From Paramoeba atlantica (lineage: Eukaryota > Protista > Discosea), in assembly GCA_977017575.1 (NCBI GenBank), contig CDRNVI010000215.1, positions 1 through 43,322 of the forward strand: 43,322 nt of DNA, in the 5' to 3' direction. The notes beneath the pieces are model-generated. The model was not told the DNA's origin. It saw only the letters and a list, made by a program, of their open reading frames with translations, and did no database searches. Shown piece by piece: positions 32,787 to 43,321 of this stretch. The first letter of the stretch is position 1; the number at the start of each line of letters is the position of its first letter. The position numbers and the translations under genes were made by a program.

Positions 32787-34099
32787 AAGAGGTGGAGGTT
32801 TTTTCTTTTTCTTTTTTTGATTTGTTTTATTTTCTTTTTTTGAATCATTTTTTTCTTTATTTCTTTTTGTTTCCTTTTTTGTTTGAAGAAAATTAAAAAC
32901 AAGAAATTAATAGTTTTTCTCTTCTCTTCTCTTTTCCCCCTTTCCTCCCCTTCCTCCCTTCCTCCCTTTTGTCCTTTTTAGTCTCTGTGTTGTGGTGCAG
33001 TGGTCTTCTTCTTCCCCCCCAAAATCATCATCATTCTTCTTCTTCCAATTTTTGATTCAATTTTTTATCCTTCTTCTTCAAAAACAACTTTTCTTGATTT
33101 TGTCTCTCCTCTTCATTTTTGTGTTTTATTGTTGTTGTGTTTTTGTGTTTTGTGTTTTTGTGAAAGTTCTCTCTCTTTCTCTCTTCCTCTTCTCTTTTTT
33201 TTTTTGATTTCAATTATTTTTCTTTTGTTTTCTTCAAATTTTGTTGTTGTTAAAAAGAAATGATCCTTTTTTGTTGTCCTGTCTTTTTGCGGCGATTTCG
33301 TACCTTCTTTTTTGTTTTGTTGTTCTTTTTGTTGATTCATCTTTTTTATATCATTTGGTTGAATAAATAATACCCAAACTCAACAACACTCTTTCAAAAC
33401 TCAAAAACAACTTTTTTTTTCTTTTTTTTGGTTGTTGTTGGGCGGGGGGAGAGGAGGAATTCATTTTTTTTTGGTTCATTGAAGGAGAGAAACACAATTT
33501 TTAGAAAAAAGAAATTTTAATTAACAAAAAAAATTGAAAAATAGTAATTCCACAAAAGGATCAAGAAATTGAGAAATGAAGAAAGAAAAAGAAAGAAAGA
33601 AAAGGATGAGGGAGAGAGAAGAAGAAAGAGATATCAGAAACAGACAAAGGGAGAGTGAAGTAAGGGAGAGGAGGAGAGGAGAGAGAGAAAGAGAGAGTCA
33701 TGATTGGTCTGTGGAGCAAATGGAAAAAAAAGGTTTGAAAGAAGGAGAATAAAATCAAAGCGAAAAATTGGGAACAAAAAGAACACCCCAATATTTTGTG
33801 CACCAGAAGAGACTAAAAAGAAAGGAAAAGGGAGGGAAAGAAAGAGATAAAAATCGAATCGAAATTGAAGAAGAAGAAGGTGATTGGAAAAGAAGAAAAA
33901 CCACACCACACCACACCACAACAGAGACTAAAACTAAAAAGAGGGGGAAAGAGAAAAAAAAATTAATTTCTTTCATTTTCCTTTAAAAAACAAGAAAAAA
34001 AAGGAAACAAAAATAAAAAAATAAAATTAAATGAAAATCAAAAAAGAAAAAAGAAAGAGAAAAGAAAAATGAAAAAAACCAACCCTTTCCTCCTCTCTT

Positions 34100-34498
34100 T
34101 CAAAATGATTTCCAAAATTCAATTGACTTTTTGTCAGAATCTGAAACAATAATTGTTCCAAATGAATTAACAACAACCCCAATAGGATATTCCAGGTGAT
34201 GTTTACCAAATGAAAAAAGAAATGTTCCATCTTTCTCAAACACACTCACTCTTCTTTTTCCTTTATCACAAACAACAATTCTACCTTCCCCATCCACATC
34301 AAGACAGTCTGGAGAGTTCAATTGAGAATCACCTGAACCTCTTGTTCCAAAACATCGAATAAAATTCCCTTCAATATCCATCACTTGAATTCGATTATTC
34401 CCAGAATCAGAAATAACAATATTCCCATCTCTATCAACTACAACACTCATAGGTTCATCAAATTGACCTTCAGAAGAACCTTCTGAACCAAAAGAACA
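34100..34498 (-). CDS. G11: 3' part (NHL blades 4-6) of an array paralog, truncated at the junction
   Basis: CSFGSEGSSEGQFDEPMSVVVDRDGN...KKSIEFWKSF*, followed by the usual array 3' spacer. Confidence 0.9.
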   Translation of the reverse strand, partial: CSFGSEGSSEGQFDEPMSVVVDRDGNIVISDSGNNRIQVMDIEGNFIRCFGTRGSGDSQLNSPDCLDVDGEGRIVVCDKGKRRVSVFEKDGTFLFSFGKHHLEYPIGVVVNSFGTIIVSDSDKKSIEFWKSF

Positions 34499-34499
34499 A
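34498..34499. other. Abrupt eukaryote/bacterium junction
   Basis: GGT ACT TTC AGT (coxA GTFS) | TGT TCT TTT GGT (NHL CSFG). At most about 1 bp of shared sequence; low-complexity tracts vanish to the right. Confidence 0.95.
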
Positions 34500-34828
34500 C
34501 TGAAAGTACCACTTAAACCTGCGGTAAGCACAAAGAATACCATGATGGTCCCGTGCATGGTCACCAAGGCCAAGTAAATGTCGGCATCCATAACTCCATC
34601 TGGAGCCCATTTGCCCAAAAATGCTTCAAAGACAGAAAAAGATTCACCAGGCCATGCCAATTGCATTCTAAATAACAATGACATTGCAATTCCAATGAAG
34701 CCCATAATCAAAACACCTGTAATAAGATATTGCTTTGCAATCATCTTATGGTCTTGACTAAAGATATATTTGGTTATAAAGGTTTCTTTATGATGATGTC
34801 CGTGATCGTCGTGTTCAGTAGCTGACAT
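34499..34828 (-). CDS. coxA: Cytochrome c oxidase subunit I, N-terminal 110 codons only, fused in frame to G11
   Basis: SQDHKMIAKQYL...LVTMHGTIMVFFVLTAGLSGTFS, including the first heme-ligand His; lies directly downstream of coxB. Confidence 0.93.
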
Positions 34829-34868
34829 AATCTTATTTAAATTTTGTTTTAGTTTGTTATGGCCTTTC

Positions 34869-35927
34869 TTACTCTGCTGGTGCTATGGTCTCTTTAAAGC
34901 TAGCCTGTTCTGCAATCCACTTGTTATATTCCTCTTCCGTCTCCACAATAATCTTCATTTGCATGTTGTAATGGGATTTTCCACAAATCTTGTTACAAAG
35001 CAGCACATAGTCGAACTCCCAAGGCTCTGAGTTGGGTTTCCCTTCGGCAGCCTTTTTTGCTCGAATTGCGTTGGTTCTTTTTACTTTATCCACAACATCG
35101 GGATTCAATCTCATCTCCTCTGTTGTGATGGTTGGCGTAAAGGAAAACTGTGTAATCATACCAGGAACGCAGTTCATCTGTGCTCTAAAATGTGGCATGT
35201 ATGCAGAGTGCAATACATCTTGCGAACGCATCATAAAATTGACTTTTCGGCCTACTGGTAAATGCAATTCTTTAACCAAAATATCATCTGCGGAGTTAGG
35301 GTCGGATTCATCCAAACCAAGTACGTTGGCCCTATCAATGTCTATAAGACGAACACTGGCATCCCCAAGTACATTATCTTCACCACCATAACGAGCAGTC
35401 CAGTTAAATTGCTGGGCATACAATTCTACAATTAGTGGATCATCCTCGTCGTTCACATCCATAATATTGGTCCAAGTGTACAATCCCCAAAGAATCAGTC
35501 CGGCCAACACAATTACAGGAATAATGGTCCAAATGAACTCTAACCGATCATTATCAGCGAAGAAAAGGGCTTTTTTACCTTCTTCACCACGGTATTTATA
35601 TCCAAAATAATGCAGCAAAGCTTGTGTGATAAACTGAACAAAAAAGATGATGGCAAACGACACCCACATAAGTTGATCGTATTCACCGCCATGCGCTGAA
35701 GAGGCCTCCGGTAAAAGCACCTTCGAATATTTGGCAAAACTGAATATGGTAATTCCATAAATAAAAATCAGAAAACCAAACAGAAGGTATCCATTATACT
35801 TGTTATCAGCATCTGTAGCTACTCCAGTGTTTTCTGCTTTGAGCTGGGACAATTCAAAAATCTTGGTCATTTGCCAGATTGCAATTGCTACCAGTACTAA
35901 AACAGTCAATGTTAATAATGTAGTCAT
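34869..35927 (-). CDS. coxB: Cytochrome c oxidase subunit II
   Basis: LEFIWTIIP, AQQFNW, DVLHS and the CuA motif CNKICGKSHYNM. Confidence 0.95.
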   Translation of the reverse strand: MTTLLTLTVLVLVAIAIWQMTKIFELSQLKAENTGVATDADNKYNGYLLFGFLIFIYGITIFSFAKYSKVLLPEASSAHGGEYDQLMWVSFAIIFFVQFITQALLHYFGYKYRGEEGKKALFFADNDRLEFIWTIIPVIVLAGLILWGLYTWTNIMDVNDEDDPLIVELYAQQFNWTARYGGEDNVLGDASVRLIDIDRANVLGLDESDPNSADDILVKELHLPVGRKVNFMMRSQDVLHSAYMPHFRAQMNCVPGMITQFSFTPTITTEEMRLNPDVVDKVKRTNAIRAKKAAEGKPNSEPWEFDYVLLCNKICGKSHYNMQMKIIVETEEEYNKWIAEQASFKETIAPAE

Positions 35928-35954
35928 TGTATATTGCTCTAAGACTTAATCGTA

Positions 35955-37314
35955 TTAATAATGAAATTGTCTACTTTCCTCAACAAATGGATTCCGCTTG
36001 GGCTGTAAGGGCTGTTTGGTCAGTGTATTGAACACCCAGAACACAAACAATCCACCAAAGAACAGTATTCCTCCAATTTCAGGAATTCCAAAATGCCATT
36101 GATCACCAACGGTGGCCGGCATAACCATGTTATACACATCCAAATAATGACCAAACAGTACTACAATACCCGCCATAATTACAAACCAATTTATTCTTTT
36201 GTAATCACTGTTCATAAGTACCAACAATGGGAAGATGAAATTCATGGCCAACATGGTAAAGAAAGGTAATTTATAATCTTGGAATCTTGCTATGTAGTAG
36301 GTGACTTCTTCTGGAATGTTGGCATACCAAATCAACATAAACTGTGAAAACCAAAGATAGGTCCAGAAAATACTGATGGCAAACATGAACTTGGCCCAAA
36401 TCATGTATATGACTGTCATTCACACTTTCCAAATATCCTTTGGATTTTAAGTAGATACTAACAATAGCGATTACCGTTATCCCAGAAACAAACATACTGG
36501 CAAATACATACCAGCCAAAAAGGGTGCTGAACCAGTGAGGGTCCAAACTCATAATCCAGTCCCATGACATCATGGACTCGGTTATCAAATAGAACACCAA
36601 GAATCCAGCCGACCATCTAAAATTCTTAACAAAGTTGGTATTGTCATCGGACTTATCTTGGGCCAAGGACAGTTTTCTGGAAATTTCCCTATAGAAAATC
36701 CAACCACCTAAGAAAATGGCAGCCCTTACCAAAAAGAAAGTTGGGTTAAGGTATCCTGCTTTCCCCTGCAGTAACTTGTCATGAGCTACTACATCTGCAT
36801 CCATCCAAACAAACATATGGTTCATATGCATTACGGAAAGTACCAAAATCACAAAAACAATAATACCTCCGGGTATCAAATAAGCGGTAATTCCTTCCAT
36901 CACTCTAAACAATAGGGGCGACCAACCGGCCTGTGCTGCTCGTTGCACAGCGTAGAACGCCAAAACTCCAAGCGCAATCATAAAGAAAAAGAAAGCAGCC
37001 ACATACAATGCAGACCAAGGTCTGTTTTGCAATTGGTGCAATAAATGCTCATCGTGCGATGCATCATGACCTTCTTCGTGAGCAGCTTCTTGTCCATGAT
37101 CTGCAGTTTCAGTGCCATGCGTTTCTTCTACTCCGTGATCTGCTGCTACCTCGCCATGTCCGCCACCATGACCATCATCATGGGCAGCTGCCACAATTGC
37201 CTTAGCCTCTTCCACAGTGCTAGGAGAAGAGATAAAACCGATTGCTAAAAAAATCAGTCCCACTGCCATTGCAATGAAAGATCCTATTTTAAGTCTGTTT
37301 GAAAACGTGTACAT
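35955..37314 (-). CDS. actF: Alternative complex III membrane subunit ActF (+1 frameshift at the G run, 36395-36397)
   Basis: DWIMSLDPHWFSTLFG, HDL|AKFMF...YLWFSQFMLIWYANIPEE; His-rich loop near the N-terminus; operon position between actE and coxB. Confidence 0.88.
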
Positions 37315-37329
37315 AGTATACTTATCCAA

Positions 37330-37899
37330 TTATTTTGTTAGGTCTTCCTTTAACTTCATCACGTACTCCGATACCTGCCACATTTCTTCCTCATTCGTAA
37401 GTTGTGCAGCATATGAACCCATGGAGTTCAAACCATAATATATGGTATGGTACGTACTTCCTACGGTAATATTACGGGCTATGTCATCATAGCTAGGTAC
37501 CCCTAATATTTTTTCGCGCTTTACTAGAGTTCCCTGTCCTTTTCCTTTGGGTCCATGGCAGATTGCACAATAGATATCATACAATTCTTTCCCCTTTGCC
37601 AAATTGGCTTCACTTTGCAAGGAATCCAATGGACTAGGATTCAATCTTGCCAATTCCTTGCCATCCAAGGTATTCTCAAATTTGTAGGGCAAATAGCCTC
37701 TAGAAATTGTGTTTTCTGGTGGAAGGAGTGCTTCAGTTCCTTGCGGAAACAATCCGTTATCCACTCCTTGGTAAGTCTCATAACCAACTGGTTCGTACAT
37801 GTTTGGCATATACTGGTAGTTTGGGCTATTCTTATCCGCACAAGAAGCTATGGATAGCACCAAAATTAAAACAACACCTATTTTCCCTAAATGCTTCAT
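37330..37899 (-). CDS. actE: Alternative complex III monoheme cytochrome c lipoprotein ActE
   Basis: Lipobox-like SIASC, YMPNMY, heme motif CAICH, distal Met (NSMGSY). Confidence 0.9.
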   Translation of the reverse strand: MKHLGKIGVVLILVLSIASCADKNSPNYQYMPNMYEPVGYETYQGVDNGLFPQGTEALLPPENTISRGYLPYKFENTLDGKELARLNPSPLDSLQSEANLAKGKELYDIYCAICHGPKGKGQGTLVKREKILGVPSYDDIARNITVGSTYHTIYYGLNSMGSYAAQLTNEEEMWQVSEYVMKLKEDLTK

Positions 37900-37902
37900 A
37901 TT

Positions 37903-38430
37903 TTAAGACTCCTTTTCAGTAACATTTATTTCCACCGCTCCTGTATCCCACAATAAAGCGGTCAACTCATCTTCGTTATCATGAATCCCGATTTCCATTA
38001 AAAAATGGTCATCTGTTGTTCTCACATCCGGGTTCTCCGCTTTTTTGAACGGCCACATTCTACTTCTAAGGTAAAAAGTGATCACCATCAAGTGAGCCGC
38101 AAAGAACACAGTCATCTCAAACATAATCGGTACAAAAGCCGGCATGTTTTCCAAGTAACTAAAACTGGGTTTACCGCCAATATCCTGAGGCCAATCCGCA
38201 ATCATGATATAGTTCATCATAACGATGGCCACTGCAAGCCCTAAACAGCCATACATGAATGAGGTTATGGCAATCCGGGTGTCTGCTAAACCCATGGCCT
38301 TATCCAATCCATGGACTGGGAAAGGCGTGTATACTTCCTCAATATGATGATGCTCTGCCCTAACTTTCTTCACAGCGTGCATCAACACATCGTCGTCATT
38401 ATAAAGTGCCTGTATAACTTTTGAAGCCAT
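37903..38430 (-). CDS. actD: Alternative complex III subunit ActD (DUF3341 family)
   Basis: EVYTPFPVHGLD, GGKPSFS, FEMTVFFAAH motifs; operon position. Confidence 0.9.
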   Translation of the reverse strand: MASKVIQALYNDDDVLMHAVKKVRAEHHHIEEVYTPFPVHGLDKAMGLADTRIAITSFMYGCLGLAVAIVMMNYIMIADWPQDIGGKPSFSYLENMPAFVPIMFEMTVFFAAHLMVITFYLRSRMWPFKKAENPDVRTTDDHFLMEIGIHDNEDELTALLWDTGAVEINVTEKES

Positions 38431-38432
38431 AA

Positions 38433-40157
38433 CTACTTTTTATCGTTTAATTTTTTTGCTTGTCCTGCCCAATCATCACGCTGTGCCCTTCCTGGGAACG
38501 AACCTGTAATTGAATCCAACAAATCGTATTCTTTTTCGGTCATTTTACCTACTTGAGCAAAAGTAAAAATCCCAATTTGGTTTAAGGTTTCCTCCATTTG
38601 AGGGCCAATCCCCTTTACCTTCTTCAAGTCGTCCGCTGTATCTTTCTCGGCATCAAATGTTCCGATGGCGCCTAACAGTGAGGCAACTTGTTTTTCATCA
38701 GCCTTAGGTTGTTCCTTCTTAGCGGCAGCTTTTTCAACTTTTCCTCCTTTGGAAGGCTTTTCATATAATGGTTTTCCAGCTTCGCGAAGATTTTTGAATC
38801 GTTCTCCGGAGGCTTTCAAAATAGATTTTACCTCTGCCTGAGCAATAACAGGAAATGTTCTTGAGTATAAAAGAAACAACACAAAGAAGAAACCAATGGT
38901 TCCTATGAAGATCCCAACGTCAACAAAAGTTGTCGAGAACATCGTCCAAGAAGATGGTAGATAATCCCTGTGCAAAGAGGTTACAATGATCACAAAACGC
39001 TCAAACCACATTCCTATGTTTACCACAATGGAGATAAAGAATGAGAACATGATACTGGTTCGTAATTTTTTAAACCACATAAACTGTGGAGAGAACACAT
39101 TACAAGTCATCATGGACCAATAAGCCCACCAATAAGGCCCTGTTGCCCTATTCAAGAAAGCATACTGTTCGTATTCCACGCCAGAATACCAAGCAATAAA
39201 CAACTCAGTGATATATGCACAGCCCACAATGGATCCTGTGATCATGATCACAATGTTCATCAATTCTATGTGCTGAACCGTAATATATGCCTCTAGATGA
39301 CACACTTTACGCATAATGATCAATAGGGTGTTTACCATGGCAAATCCTGAGAAAATCGCTCCCGCAACAAAGTAAGGTGGGAAGATTGTGGTATGCCATC
39401 CTGGAATTACCGAAGTAGCAAAGTCAAAGGATACAATGGTATGTACTGAAAGTACAAGTGGTGTAGCCAAACCGGCCAATACCAAGGAAACTTCCTCGAA
39501 TCGCTGCCAATCCTTTGCGCGACCTGTCCAACCAAAGCTCAATAGGCTATAAATTTTCTTCTGGAAAGGTTTTATGGCCCTATCCCTAATCATCGCAAAA
39601 TCAGGAAGCAATCCTGTCCACCAGAATACCAAGGACACGGATAAATAAGTAGAAATTGCAAATACATCCCAAAGTAGTGGTGAGTTAAAGTTCACCCAGA
39701 GGGAACCAAATTGGTTTGGAATAGGCAATACCCAATAGGCCAACCATGGACGACCCATGTGAATAATTGGGAATAAACCAGCCTGGATTACAGAGAAAAT
39801 GGTCATTGCTTCTGCAGAACGGTTAATCGCCATTCTCCACTTCTGTCTAAACAAAAGCAATACGGCTGAAATTAGTGTTCCAGCGTGACCAATACCTACC
39901 CACCAAACAAAGTTTGTAATATCCCAGGCCCAGTTTACAGTCTTGTTAAGACCCCAAACCCCAATACCTGTAGAAATGGTATAAATAATACATCCTATAC
40001 CCCAAAGGAATGCAACCAAAGCAATGGTAAATACAATCCACCAGTGTTTATTGGCCTTTCCCTCTACAGGAGCAGCAATATCCACGGTGACATCATGGTA
40101 TCCTTTATCTCCAAGTACTAAGGGCTTTCGAATAGGTGCTTCGTAATGCGACGCCAT
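38433..40157 (-). CDS. actC: Alternative complex III NrfD/PsrC-family membrane subunit ActC, with C-terminal extension
   Basis: WDITNFVWWVGIGHAGTLISA, HMGRPW, SPLLWDVFAIS, WFERFVII. Confidence 0.93.
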   Translation of the reverse strand: MASHYEAPIRKPLVLGDKGYHDVTVDIAAPVEGKANKHWWIVFTIALVAFLWGIGCIIYTISTGIGVWGLNKTVNWAWDITNFVWWVGIGHAGTLISAVLLLFRQKWRMAINRSAEAMTIFSVIQAGLFPIIHMGRPWLAYWVLPIPNQFGSLWVNFNSPLLWDVFAISTYLSVSLVFWWTGLLPDFAMIRDRAIKPFQKKIYSLLSFGWTGRAKDWQRFEEVSLVLAGLATPLVLSVHTIVSFDFATSVIPGWHTTIFPPYFVAGAIFSGFAMVNTLLIIMRKVCHLEAYITVQHIELMNIVIMITGSIVGCAYITELFIAWYSGVEYEQYAFLNRATGPYWWAYWSMMTCNVFSPQFMWFKKLRTSIMFSFFISIVVNIGMWFERFVIIVTSLHRDYLPSSWTMFSTTFVDVGIFIGTIGFFFVLFLLYSRTFPVIAQAEVKSILKASGERFKNLREAGKPLYEKPSKGGKVEKAAAKKEQPKADEKQVASLLGAIGTFDAEKDTADDLKKVKGIGPQMEETLNQIGIFTFAQVGKMTEKEYDLLDSITGSFPGRAQRDDWAGQAKKLNDKK

Positions 40158-40190
40158 AATTTATCTTCTAGTTACTTCTTTATTTATTGA

Positions 40191-43100
40191 TTAAGCCTCG
40201 TTGGTGTTTCTTACCTTAACATGATAGAACACATTGGGTTTTGTACCTACGTGTTCCAACAGGTGATACATTCTATCATCTTCCTTCAATTCGGCAATCT
40301 TGCTGTGCTCATCGTTAACATCCCCAAATACCATTGCTCCACTGCTACATGCCGATGAACAGGCAGTTTGGAACTCACCATCCTCAACAACACGACCATC
40401 TCTTTTGGCATCCAAAATAGTTTTTTTGGGTCATTTGGATACACATGGAACATTTTTCCATAACTCCTCTGGAACGCACATTAACATCTGGGTTAATGAC
40501 CATTTTTCCAAGGTCGTTGTTCATGTTGAAATCAAACTCATCATTATCGTAGTACAAGAACCAATTGAATCTACGCACTTTATATGGACAGTTGTTGGCA
40601 CAATATCTTGTACCTACACAACGGTTGTAGGCCATTTGGTTTTGTCCTTGTCTACCGTGCGAAGTAGCAGCCACAGGGCAAACTGTTTCACATGGTGCAT
40701 GGTTACAGTGCTGGCACATTACTGGTTGGAAGGCCACTTGAGGATTAGCCGAAGGGTCTTCCATTTGTCCTAAACCACCCAAAGTTCCTTTATCACCAAA
40801 AAGTCCTTCTAAACCATCCTTCTTTTCATTGTCCTGCTCAAAGGTCTCTTCTGAGGAATAATATCTATCAATACGCAACCAGTGCATATCCCTGGAACGT
40901 CTTATTTCTTCTTTACCAACAACAGGTACGTTGTTTTCTGCATGACAGGCAATAACACAAGCCCCACAACCAGTACAAGCATTTAAGTCGATGGAAAGGT
41001 TGAAGTGATGCCCGATGGAACGATCAAACTCCTCCCACAAATCCGCATCTGGTGAGGTCACCGGAATTTCCTGATGATTTAAGCTCACATGTGGCATGGG
41101 ATTCCATTCTTGATGATCTTTGGTGTTGAAAATCTCCAAGGAAGTCTCCTTGATGATATCTCCCCTACCCATCAATGTTTTATGCAACTGAACACAGGCA
41201 AACTCGTGGTCTCCTGATGCTTTTTCCAAAGTGACGGACTGCACATTGGAAAAGTTTTTATACAAGCTATAGGCATTTATTCCTGTAGCCATTTCCGCTT
41301 TCATCCCAGCTTCACGCCCATATCCAAAGGAAAGTCCTACCGTGCCATTTGCCTGTCCTGGCTGAATAATTACCGGAACATTATCTATGATTGTTCCGTC
41401 TACTGTCAATCTTGCATAGCTCCCATTTAGTCCACCATCCGCAACATTGTAGTTTTCCATACCCAAGGCTTCCGCATCAGCTTTGGAAACAGTAACATAG
41501 TTGTCCCAAGAAACTCTGGTAATTGGATCAGGAAATTCTTGCAACCAAGGGTTGTTGGCCTGTTTACCATCACCCATGCCCACTTTGGAGTACAATACTA
41601 ATTCTGTACCTGCACTTGTACTGTTCACCAAAGAACGTACTGCAGCAGAAATTGGGGCAATATTTCCAGTATCATCTCCTTCAGTAGCATTTTCATCAGT
41701 ACTCGTAGGAGCTACTTCAGTATCTTCGGCAGTAGCTGGAACAAAAACACCATCTTGTAGCGCCTGGTTCCAATCCCCCTCTTGCAATAGCGAGGTGCTC
41801 CAATTATCTTTTATGTATTCGTAATAGGTTTGCTCTTTCCCCATCCAGCCCAATAGAGAGGACTGCATTTGCCGTGTATCAAAAAGTTCACGGATAGCAG
41901 GCTGTGTTAAACTGAATTGCCCTTTCTTAAACTCGGCATCTCCCCAAGACTCAAGGTAGTGGGATGCAGCAGCTACAAATTGGGAAGATTGCGCAGTTTC
42001 ATCATTGTTAAATGAAAAAACTAACAGAAACATCCACCTTTCCTAGACCTTCTATAAAATCTGCTGCGTTTGGCAAAGTATAGGCCGGATTAACTCCGTC
42101 CATAATCAAAACTCCAACGCGACCGGCGTTCATATCCGACACCAGTTTGTTCACTTTGGCGGTATCACCTTGACGCACATATTTTGGGCTTTGGGCATCA
42201 AATGCCTCACTGGCCAATAATTTATTGATAGCCAGCACCACTGTTTGTGCGTTTATATCGTTTAATCCAGATACTACAACAGCTTTACTTCCAGCTTTTT
42301 TAATTTGCGCAGCAATACTTTCAACAGCAGGATCCACATCCGAAGTACCACCTCCTACATTACTACCATTTAGCTTACCGTACAATTTGGCCAAGGCTAT
42401 TTTTTGCTCCGAAGGAGTCATCGGGTAACGCTTATCCGCATTAGCTCCTGTTAAAGACATATTGGCCTCCAACTGAACATGCTTGGACATTTTACCATGA
42501 TGCGGAACACGTCCTTTGGCGTAACCATCATCATATCCACCCCCTTGCCAATCTCCTAAGAAGTCGGCACCAAAAGAGACTATCAAATCTGCCTTTTCAA
42601 AATCGTAATCTGCCAAAGCGCGCTCACCATAAGCTGCATTGAAGGCATTTAGGGCAGCATCTTCAGATATAGCATCATAAACGACATGATTGACATTGTC
42701 ACCATATTCCGCCTTAAACTCAGCTATCAATTTATCCGTAGATGGACTCGCATAGGTTTGGGTTAGCAATACAATTTGTCTGCTTGAACCCTTAAGACTA
42801 CCAAGCTTTGCCTTTACATTGGCATCTAATATCTTCCAATCAATAGCTTCTCCATTTTGGGATGGCCCTTGAACTCTCTTACTATCATACAGAGATAAAA
42901 CAGAAGCCTGTACTCTGGCATTGGCGCTTCCATTGATCTTGGCATCTGTATTGTTCTCAATTTTTATAGGTCTTCCTTCCCGGGTCTTTACCAAAATACT
43001 GGCAAAATCAAACCCATCTGCAATGGTTGTGGCATAGTAGTTGGCAACACCAGGAACAATATTATCTGGCTGCACTACATAAGGTATAGATTTATGGACA

Positions 43101-43321
43101 GGCCCCTCGCAAGCGGCAACGGTTGCTGCTGCAGTACTGAAGCCGACATATTTCAAGAAGTCCCTTCTGTTGGTGGTTGAAGCTGACAGATTTTCCTTGT
43201 CACCCAAAAATTCATCAACTGGGATTTGTTCTGTGAATTCGTTTTGTCTTAGCGCCTCAACAATGGAATCGTTCGGATTTAACTCCGCTTCGCTCTTCCA
43301 ATATTTTTTGTTTGATGCCAT
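40191..43321 (-). CDS. actB: Alternative complex III ActB (Tat-exported molybdopterin-oxidoreductase-like plus Fe-S domain), two +1 frameshifts
   Basis: NRRDFLK twin-arginine motif and AAC lipid-attachment Cys; Fe-S motifs CTGCGACVIAC, CQHCNHAPCETVCP, CVGTRYCANNCP, KCSMC. Removing one T (42015-42020) and one A (40421-40427) from homopolymers gives a single ORF. Confidence 0.92.

Larger units (their letters stand above)
1..34498. repeat. Tandem array of 11 TRIM-NHL-like paralogs in strictly alternating orientation (about 7 kb per gene pair)
   Basis: Near-identical RING, B-box, coiled-coil and NHL coding segments recur 11 times on alternating strands; head-to-head and tail-to-tail spacers are also homologous to one another. 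Confidence 0.95.

Noticed and set aside
1-34498. Giant-virus or bacterial origin of the NHL array
   Set aside because: Conserved GT-AG spliceosomal-type introns with branch motifs and the captured intron-exon piece point to a eukaryotic nuclear genome.
40384-40427. Programmed frameshifting or phase variation in actB/actF
   Set aside because: Runs are short (3-7 nt), all are +1 and no stimulatory structure is evident; sequencing error is more parsimonious.
35032-42428. Plus-strand ORFs overlapping the bacterial operon
   Set aside because: Antisense shadows of well-supported genes, with no recognisable motifs.
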